IMG/VR virus record: IMGVR_UViG_2734482548_000006
DNA from: a virus
Lineage: Duplodnaviria; Heunggongvirae; Uroviricota; Caudoviricetes
Direction: 5' to 3' (one strand)
Length of the DNA stretch: 4,514 bases
A program made the position numbers and the translations under genes. Position 1 is the first letter of the stretch. The number at the start of each line of letters is the position of its first letter. Below the pieces are notes generated by a model. That model was given only the letters and a program-made list of their open reading frames with translations. It was not told the DNA's origin and ran no database searches. Of this stretch, positions 1 to 4,514 are shown one piece after another.

Positions 1-47
1 AATATCTCCCCGGCAGCCTTCAGGGAAAAATATCATCAGATGGCTGC

Positions 48-401
48 TTAAAAAAAGAACAAATGGTAGTGTCCGCTATTGCCAGTACACCTCAATTGCT
101 CTGCGGCTTCGCTCAGAGCTGGCGTATGTTCCCGGCCTACTGATTCACACAGGTAATCAACGAAACCGGACACCAGTTTTCGTTCGCGAGGCGTGATCGC
201 CCCACCGACCGGAGTCCAGTAATCGAAACCCAGTTGCAGGAGTTTGAAAAAACGCTTGTGGAATGCGTAGTTACACACACGCTTAAAGTCTGCGTGTATC
301 CACTCACCTATTTTGATTTGATGCAGAAAATCGCAACTCTCCGGCGTCGCCGGGAGAAGTAATCCGGAAGAGGTTTGTTTGACCAGTTGTATATGTGCCA
401 T
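48..401 (-). CDS. Hypothetical prophage protein, about 117 aa (MAHIQLVKQ...HYHLFFF)
   Basis: Minus-strand ORF with stop TAA at 48-50. ATG at 399-401 is preceded by GGAG about 7 nt upstream; the listed ORF extends to a TTG at 443, which is a less likely start. Follows the upstream 95-aa gene by 38 bp. No family recognised. Confidence 0.55.
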   Translation of the reverse strand: MAHIQLVKQTSSGLLLPATPESCDFLHQIKIGEWIHADFKRVCNYAFHKRFFKLLQLGFDYWTPVGGAITPRERKLVSGFVDYLCESVGREHTPALSEAAEQLRCTGNSGHYHLFFF

Positions 402-439
402 CGGCTTTCTCCGGTGGCACGGTGTTACACAGCAGGAGT

Positions 440-727
440 TCAATCCTGCTCAAGATTGTAGATGAGTTTATTCTTCAGCAAAAGCAGAAAACCAGCCTTA
501 AAACCAATCTCTTTCAAAACCCGTAATGATGTGACAAATTCGTCCTCACGCAAAATAAAACCGTCCGTCAGAAGTCCATTACAAAAATAAAATAACACAG
601 CACCGCTCTTCCTTTGTTGAGATTGCAAACATCTAATGCGGCAATGGCTGACAATCGCTCCATTCTCAACGCGCACAGCATAGAGGCCATTTTCACTAAA
701 AATTTCACGCAATTCTTCGATTTTCAT
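440..727 (-). CDS. Hypothetical prophage protein, 95 aa
   Basis: Minus-strand ORF with ATG at 725-727 and GGAAGG about 9 nt upstream; stop TGA at 440-442. AT-rich coding region. No family recognised. Confidence 0.55.
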   Translation of the reverse strand: MKIEELREIFSENGLYAVRVENGAIVSHCRIRCLQSQQRKSGAVLFYFCNGLLTDGFILREDEFVTSLRVLKEIGFKAGFLLLLKNKLIYNLEQD

Positions 728-844
728 CTTCAGAATCCTTCCAGATAAATAGCTCTCCCCTGTTCGGGGTCCATCCCTCTTCTCCCTGCGCGCTACTTAA
801 GTGAGTCGATTCTATCTGCGAAGGTGCGCGAATCAAATTCACCG

Positions 845-901
845 GAAATAAACAACAAAAAACCCGCCGAAACGCTGAGAGATCACAGCGATGGGCGGGT
901 T
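845..901 (-). terminator. Rho-independent terminator at the 3' end of the hok transcript
   Basis: Plus-strand aacccgcc (861-868) pairs with ggcgggtt (894-901), with an inner cgctg/cagcg stem (873-877 / 886-890). On the minus-strand RNA the stem is followed by a U-rich tract (complement of 845-860 gaaataaacaacaaaaaa). On the plus strand no T-tract follows, so it is unidirectional. Confidence 0.65.
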
Positions 902-907
902 AAGTGC

Positions 908-920
908 GGGTGCGTTGAGG
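908..920 (-). promoter_or_regulatory. fbi-like 3' element of hok mRNA, complementary to the 5' tac element
   Basis: Plus 908-920 gggtgcgttgagg is nearly identical to the reverse complement of plus 1289-1302 (agcctcaagcaccc), so the mRNA 3' region can pair with its 5' end with a 1-nt bulge. This is the fold-back architecture known from hok mRNAs. A 9-bp perfect hairpin (941-949 gggcgggga / 960-968 tccccgccc) lies between the hok stop and this element. Confidence 0.5.
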
Positions 921-976
921 ATGCCTGACACATCAGAGGTGGGCGGGGATGGGATCAGCTCCCCGCCCGGTCACTC

Positions 977-1132
977 TTACTTCCTGGATTCGTAGTCTAC
1001 GAAGACAGCGACCTCCGTCTGGCCGGTTCGGATTCGTACCTCACAGAGGTCTTTCCTCGTTACCAGTGCCGTCACTATGACGGTTAAACAGATGACGATC
1101 AGGGCGATTAACATCGCCTTTTGCTGCTTCAT
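977..1132 (-). CDS. hok: Hok/Gef family type I toxin, 51 aa (MKQQKAMLIALIVICLTVIVTALVTRKDLCEVRIRTGQTEVAVFVDYESRK)
   Basis: ATG at 1130-1132 with AAGGAG 9 nt upstream; stop at 977-979. Single transmembrane helix followed by the conserved RKDLCEV...TGQTEVAVF periplasmic tail, very close to E. coli HokC/HokD as recalled. Confidence 0.9.
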   Translation of the reverse strand: MKQQKAMLIALIVICLTVIVTALVTRKDLCEVRIRTGQTEVAVFVDYESRK

Positions 1133-1189
1133 AGCCTGCTTCTCCTTGCCTTTCGGCATGTAAGAGGCTAACCTACATGTGCAAAGCAT
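977..1189 (-). CDS. mok: Mok-like overlapping reading frame (70 aa), an in-frame N-terminal extension of hok
   Basis: ATG at 1187-1189 opens a frame that runs in-frame through hok (MLCTCRLASYMPKGKEKQA + Hok). Same layout and size as the mokC/hokC pair (69/50 aa) in E. coli. Confidence 0.55.
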   Translation of the reverse strand: MLCTCRLASYMPKGKEKQAMKQQKAMLIALIVICLTVIVTALVTRKDLCEVRIRTGQTEVAVFVDYESRK

Positions 1190-1262
1190 GAAATTGGCCT
1201 CAGATTAATGTTAAGCGTCTTGCCGGACGCGTAATGTTAACTGGGGCTTTTCTCTATCTGCC
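1181..1262 (+). ncRNA. sok: Putative Sok-like antisense RNA (position approximate)
   Basis: Family expectation: Hok loci carry a short antisense RNA opposite the mok leader. A candidate plus-strand promoter is TTGCCT (1146-1151), 17 nt spacer, TAACCT (1169-1174), and there is a small hairpin gcgtc/gacgc (1215-1230). No clean terminator was found, so the boundaries are a guess. Confidence 0.25.
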
Positions 1263-1288
1263 TTTTGGTGTTCATGCCTGAAGCAGAT

Positions 1289-1338
1289 AGCCTCAAGCAC
1301 CCGCAGTCATTCTACTTACCTCGCCAATATGAAATCAA
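1289..1338 (-). promoter_or_regulatory. hok/mok promoter and mRNA 5' tac element
   Basis: On the minus strand: -35 TTGATT (plus 1333-1338), 18 nt spacer, -10 TAGAAT (plus 1309-1314), predicted start near 1302. The transcript would begin GGGUGCUUGAGGCU (complement of 1289-1302), resembling the 5' end of plasmid R1 hok mRNA. Confidence 0.5.
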
Positions 1339-1359
1339 TCAGAAAGGTGCCCCATAAAA

Positions 1360-2046
1360 TCACTCCTTCTCTTCTTTACCGTAGTGGAGTTGACCAATTT
1401 TGATAAGAGGGCGTCCCTGAGATTTGCGGTGTAGATTGGTATCGCGCAGAGAATACACACAGCCACAATATTCCTGCTGATAGAATTTTTCGCGCTTGCT
1501 GATTTCAATCATACGGGACGAGCCGCCCTGCTTGCGCCAGTTATAATCCCAGTACACCATGCCCGGATAATGCGCGACGGCTCGCCGCCCACAGTCGTTA
1601 ACCTGCTGCATATTTTTCCAGCGTGAAATGCCCAGTGAACTGCTGATCACACTGAAACCATTTTCAGCGGCGTACAGCGCTGTCCGCTCAAAACGCATGT
1701 CAAAACACATGGTGCAACGGATCCCTCGTTCGGGCTCCCATTCCATTCCTTTGGCTCGTTCAAACCAGTTGTCTGTGTCGTAATCAGCATCAATAAACGG
1801 CACGCCGTGTTGTTCAGCAAAGCGAATATTCTCATCCTTACGAATTAAATACTCTTTCTGAGGATGAATGTTCGGGTTGTAGAAAAAGATGGTGTAGTCG
1901 ATTCCCGAGGCCTGAAGCGCCTCCATCACCTCACCGGAACATGGAGCACAGCAAGAGTGCAGTAGTAGTTTGTTTGCCCCGTTTGGGAGCTCCAATTTGG
2001 GCCGTTTGAAATCAGCAACTGTCATAAATATGTTTATTGGGGTCAT
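1360..2046 (-). CDS. queH: QueH-like protein (DUF208 family, epoxyqueuosine reductase homolog), 228 aa
   Basis: ORF with ATG at 2044-2046 (alternative ATG at 2025) and stop TGA at 1360-1362. Carries the motifs I associate with DUF208/QueH: [12 protein letters not shown] near the N-terminus, [15 protein letters not shown] and EYCGCVYS. No strong SD at either start. Confidence 0.75.
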   Translation of the reverse strand: MTPINIFMTVADFKRPKLELPNGANKLLLHSCCAPCSGEVMEALQASGIDYTIFFYNPNIHPQKEYLIRKDENIRFAEQHGVPFIDADYDTDNWFERAKGMEWEPERGIRCTMCFDMRFERTALYAAENGFSVISSSLGISRWKNMQQVNDCGRRAVAHYPGMVYWDYNWRKQGGSSRMIEISKREKFYQQEYCGCVYSLRDTNLHRKSQGRPLIKIGQLHYGKEEKE

Positions 2047-2193
2047 AAAAATATCAAAGAGTGTAGCATTAGAACGGGGCTATCGGAAACAGATGTGTGA
2101 CTGCTCCCCGCCCTTTCGGGTGGTCTCCTGATGATTTGAGGGTGCAGAAATCCCTCCGGTTAAGGATTAAATTTTTAACAGTGCTAAATTTAA

Positions 2194-2550
2194 TTATTCA
2201 GTTCTGGATTTTGTCGCCCTGCGTATCCGCGCTTTCGCGTTACGCTCAATCTGTATCAGCTTTTCTATATTTCTCCGCCTTTCCTGTTCCTCCTGGCGCA
2301 ATAGCCTTACATCATCTGCCAGTCTGGTTTCTCTTTTTGCCACAGAGAGCATCCAGTCAAACGGCTCCACAACCGCACCGCAGATTTTACAGCGGACCTG
2401 ACGCTCTTTTTCGTCAACCCGTACAGAGGCGTGATGGCAATATGGTCTTTCCGATGGCTCATAAAGAAAATTAACCTGATTACGAGGGTCATCCTCTTTT
2501 ACCGGAAATAAAACGATATTGCTTAACTCATCTTCTGGTTTTATTTCCAT
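2194..2550 (-). CDS. Hypothetical small protein, 118 aa: Cys/His-rich Zn-ribbon-like segment followed by a charged coiled-coil-like tail
   Basis: ATG at 2548-2550 is preceded by AAGGAGAGGAGC. The ORF is open further to an ATG at 2605-2607, which abuts the upstream stop as TGAATG, so the start is ambiguous. Contains PYCHHASVRV...RCKICG, then RLLRQEEQERRRNIEKLIQIERNAKARIRR. Confidence 0.7.
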   Translation of the reverse strand: MEIKPEDELSNIVLFPVKEDDPRNQVNFLYEPSERPYCHHASVRVDEKERQVRCKICGAVVEPFDWMLSVAKRETRLADDVRLLRQEEQERRRNIEKLIQIERNAKARIRRATKSRTE

Positions 2551-2607
2551 GCTCCTCTCCTTTGATGCGAATGCCAGCGGTAATTGAAGCCTGATAGCTA
2601 ATTTCAT

Positions 2608-3030
2608 TCACAGTATCGCCTCCTGAAAATTACCCTGATAGAAAGCCAGTACACGCTGCATAGCTTCGCTCTTCCGGCACTCGCGACAGATTATATTCAG
2701 GCGCCTGTCGTAGCGGCGTATTTCTCCGTCAGGTAATGACCAGATAAGGTCCGGATCAACAACAACCGGTTTCCTCACCTTTACTCTCGAGAGTTTTTTG
2801 CGGGCGCTTTGCCAGTCCTTGCGAGCCTGTTCAGACGGGAATAAGCCGTAGCCAGAATTATATACATCACCACTTGCGACCAGTTCTATGCATAAGCGAC
2901 CGACAGACGCACGACTGATACCTGTTTCATCTGACAACTGCCGAATCGTGACCCGACCGTCCTGATGCACGAGTTCCACAATTCGCGTCTTCAGTTCTTC
3001 CCGCTGTTCGGGAGTAAAAGGTTTCGCCAT
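2608..3030 (-). CDS. ren: Ren-like protein, 140 aa, with predicted HTH/winged-helix N-terminal region
   Basis: ATG at 3028-3030 with AGGAGG 4 nt upstream; stop TGA at 2608-2610. C-terminus NIICRECRKSEAMQRVLAFY resembles lambda Ren (NLVFKECRQSAAMKRVLAVY, recalled from memory). Sits immediately after the P-like gene, as ren does in lambda. Confidence 0.7.
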   Translation of the reverse strand: MAKPFTPEQREELKTRIVELVHQDGRVTIRQLSDETGISRASVGRLCIELVASGDVYNSGYGLFPSEQARKDWQSARKKLSRVKVRKPVVVDPDLIWSLPDGEIRRYDRRLNIICRECRKSEAMQRVLAFYQGNFQEAIL

Positions 3031-3044
3031 AAATCCTCCTGAAA

Positions 3045-3727
3045 CTACTTAACAACCCTCGAATGGCTAACATTCGGACGCCAGCTCTCCCAGTTAAAAT
3101 TCACCCAGCGCCCGNNNNNNNNNNNNNNNNNNNNNNNNNNNNNNNNNNNNNNNNNNNNNNNNNNNNNNNNNNNNNNNNNNNNNNNNNNNNNNNNNNNNNN
3201 NNNNNNNNNNNNNNNNNNNNNNNNNNNNNNNNNNNNNNNNNNNNNNNNNNNNNNNNNNNNNNNNNNNNNNNNNNNNNNNNNNNNNNNNNNNNNNNNNNNN
3301 NNNNNNNNNNNNNNNNNNNNNNNNNNNNNNNNNNNNNNNNNNNNNNNNNNNNNNNNNNNNNNNNGATAGCTGCCGCTAAGTGATTCTTCCCGGTACCAGG
3401 TTTTCCGCTGAACGCAAAATTTGTACACCCGGTCATCAGTTCATCGGCGATGGATTTCGCCTGGCTTAACGCGTATCGCTGGCCGTCGTTCTGCACCTGG
3501 TAATTCGCAAACGAGCATTTACGGTGCAACGGCTGGATGCCTGAGCGATTCAGAATTTTTTCCACCCGCAACTGGCGATTCAGGCGGTTGATCTCCTCGC
3601 TACGTTTCTGGCCTTCAGCAAGTTGCCACTCGCGCCACTCCGCTACCGTTCTGAATGGGGCGGTTACATGTGGCGGGGTCAGTCGGCGGATGCGTTCCAG
3701 AACGCCGCCTGTCGCAATATTTTTCAT
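3045..3727 (-). CDS. DnaC-like replicative helicase loader (lambda P functional analog), interrupted by an assembly gap
   Basis: ATG at 3725-3727. The N-terminal 121 aa align closely with E. coli DnaC (MKNI..., SGIQPLHRKCSFANY, Walker A GKPGTGKNHLAAAI). After the N-run, the C-terminus WVNFNWESWRP...VVK with stop at 3045-3047 matches the DnaC C-terminus (WVIFNWDSYRSRV). The frame does not carry across the 250-N gap, so the gap length is nominal. Confidence 0.85.
3115..3364. other. Assembly/scaffold gap (250 N)
   Basis: Continuous run of N from 3115 to 3364, inside the DnaC-like gene. Confidence 0.99.
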
Positions 3728-3733
3728 GGTCCG

Positions 3734-4410
3734 TTACCCCCTGAAGCCTGGCGGGATCGCACTGTCCGGCAACGAGACGGTGTTAACCTGTCGGAGCAAC
3801 GTCTCAGGCCGAACACCTTTCGGCGCGAACAGGCCCTGGTATTCATTGGCGATGCTGTGTCGAATCACCTGCTCAGGTGTAAAACCCTGCTGACGGAATT
3901 TTTCCAGTTCCCGTATCGCCCCGTTAGCGCCCTGCTCCGTTCGAATCGGTTTTCGCAATGCCTGTCTGAACCGGACCCACTCATGCCAGAGTGTTTCCGG
4001 CAACCAATCGGGCAGCTCAATAGCCTCCGGCTCGAATTTTTTAGACGCTCGTTTTTGGCGAGGGGGAGATCAGTATTTAGATCTTCCTCTTCCTCTTCCT
4101 CTGGTAACGCTTTTTGATCCGTTTGTGTAACGCTGGCAGCGTTACCTTTTCGTTTCAGTTCGCGTATTTTTGTTACTCGCTCGTTTGTAACCGCCCGTTT
4201 TTTTTAGAGCTTTTTCCGTTATGACGTTCAAAGTTAGGTAGAGAAAGCCCTCCGTCATTTTCGACCAGCCATCCAACCTGAATTAACGCATCAGCAAAAC
4301 CAGACATAAAAGTGATGCGATCTATTGCACTTTTTGTAACGCCGCGAGCGTTACAATCTGCATTACCGTCTATCATTTGTTGATCCGCCCATGCCCAGAA
4401 GCGAATAACC
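3734..4410 (-). pseudogene. Phage replication initiator with DnaT-like C-terminal domain (lambda O functional analog): 5'-truncated by IS and split across three frames
   Basis: The C-terminal frame (4003-3734) ends NTVSLPDSAIPPGFRG, matching the E. coli DnaT C-terminus (NTVSEPDSQIPPGFRG, recalled), and stops 7 nt before the DnaC-like start, as in dnaT-dnaC. The N-terminal piece (frame of ORF 4173..4436) hits a stop at 4173. A third frame is open and protein-like between about 4203 and 4040 (KKRAVTNERVTKIRELKRKGNAASVTQTDQKALPEEEEEEDLNTDLPLAKNERLK). Restoring one base in the A8 run (plus T8 at 4198-4205) and one in a run at about 4037-4066 joins all three. Confidence 0.6.
4082..4102. repeat. 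Hexanucleotide tandem repeat (TCTTCC)x3.5, encoding an EEEEEE acidic linker in the replication protein
   Basis: Plus 4082-4102 is tcttcc tcttcc tcttcc tct; in the middle minus-strand frame it reads P-E-E-E-E-E-E-D. Confidence 0.5.
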
Positions 4411-4514
4411 TGAGGTAGCCTGAGTTTAACGGACACTCCTTCCTGAAATAGAATGGCATCAGAAGGAGCTAATAATGAGCAGAAAAACCCAACGTTACTC
4501 TAAAGAGTTCAAAG
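4411..4514 (+). mobile_element. Left end of an IS3-family insertion sequence (possibly IS600-like), continuing beyond the window
   Basis: Plus 4411 begins TGAGGTAGCCTGAGTTTAACGGACAC. This shares the terminal TGA and the GGACAC at positions 21-26 with the IS3 left inverted repeat as recalled. An SD (AGGAG, 4464-4468) and the ATG at 4475 lie about 65 bp inside the end, the usual position of orfA in IS3-family elements. Confidence 0.6.
4475..4514 (+). CDS. IS3-family transposase OrfA, N-terminal fragment (MSRKTQRYSKEFK...)
   Basis: ATG at 4475 with AGGAG 6 nt upstream. The translation MSRKTQRYSKEFK has the YS.EFK motif typical of IS3-family OrfA HTH proteins. Truncated by the window edge. Confidence 0.65.
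   Translation, partial: MSRKTQRYSKEFK

Noticed and set aside
400-443. TTG start at 443 for the last ORF (131-aa version overlapping the upstream gene by 4 nt)
   Set aside because: A canonical ATG at 401 with a properly spaced GGAG is a better start; the TTG extension adds a Cys-rich, unlikely N-terminus.
1647-1835. Minus-strand ORF of 62 aa inside the QueH-like gene
   Set aside because: Alternative frame fully nested in a CDS with conserved family motifs; no independent evidence.
2061-2074. Leader motif UUCUAAUGCUACAC upstream of the QueH-like gene, resembling the preQ1-I riboswitch loop (UUCUAGCUACAC in B. subtilis queC, as recalled)
   Set aside because: The flanks cannot form the required P1 stem (5' gccccg versus 3' ucuuug) and the tail is U-rich rather than the A-rich pseudoknot-forming tail. 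Most likely coincidental; a covariance-model scan would settle it.
2109-2124. GC hairpin ccgccc-tttc-gggtgg as a possible terminator between the Zn-ribbon and QueH-like genes
   Set aside because: No U/T tract follows on either strand, and on the minus-strand RNA the stem has an A-C mismatch, so it is unlikely to be an intrinsic terminator.
2097-2492. Plus-strand ORF 2097..2474 (125 aa) and minus-strand ORF 2307..2492 (61 aa)
   Set aside because: Both overlap the minus-strand 2194..2550 gene, which has a strong SD and fits the operon orientation. The alternatives lack ribosome-binding sites and have implausible composition.
3045-3428. ORFs 3045..3428 (minus) and 3063..3383 (plus) translated through the N-run
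   Set aside because: The poly-X translations are artefacts of the assembly gap. Only the real bases at 3045-3114 (minus) are meaningful, as the C-terminus of the DnaC-like protein.
3537-4117. Plus-strand ORFs 3537..3893 (118 aa) and 3623..4117 (164 aa)
   Set aside because: They lie antisense to the DnaT-like and DnaC-like genes, whose homology is strong. The translations are Arg/Ser-rich and low-complexity with no start context, so they are shadow ORFs of GC-rich coding sequence.
4411-4436. GTG start at 4436 for the replication-protein N-terminal ORF (MSVKLRLPQ...)
   Set aside because: These first 9 codons fall within the putative IS3-family terminal repeat, and the only SD-like sequence abuts the GTG with no spacing. 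It is an IS-phage junction reading frame, not the native start.
1-4514. CRISPR arrays, tRNA or rRNA genes
   Set aside because: No regularly spaced direct repeats of CRISPR type, no cloverleaf-compatible tRNA candidates and no rRNA-like sequence were found. The only tandem repeat is the short coding (TCTTCC)n tract.

Overview
This window reads as the early-right (replication to nin-like) arm of a lambdoid prophage from an Enterobacteriaceae genome (E. coli/Shigella-like), with every prophage gene on the minus strand. In transcription order (high to low coordinate) it holds: a replication-initiator gene with a DnaT-like C-terminus, cut at its 5' end by an IS3-family element (4411 to window end) and carrying two apparent -1 frameshifts at homopolymer runs; a DnaC-like helicase loader interrupted by a 250-N assembly gap; a Ren-like protein; a small Zn-ribbon/coiled-coil protein; a QueH-like (DUF208) epoxyqueuosine-reductase homolog; a complete hok/mok type I toxin locus with its promoter, tac/fbi complementarity and terminator; and two small coupled genes of unknown function. 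No tRNA, rRNA or CRISPR array was seen. The most notable items are the QueH-like gene carried as prophage cargo beside a Hok toxin, the uncharacterised Ren-like/Zn-ribbon pair, and the decayed replication module. All homology calls are from motif recognition by eye and recalled sequences; no database search was run.
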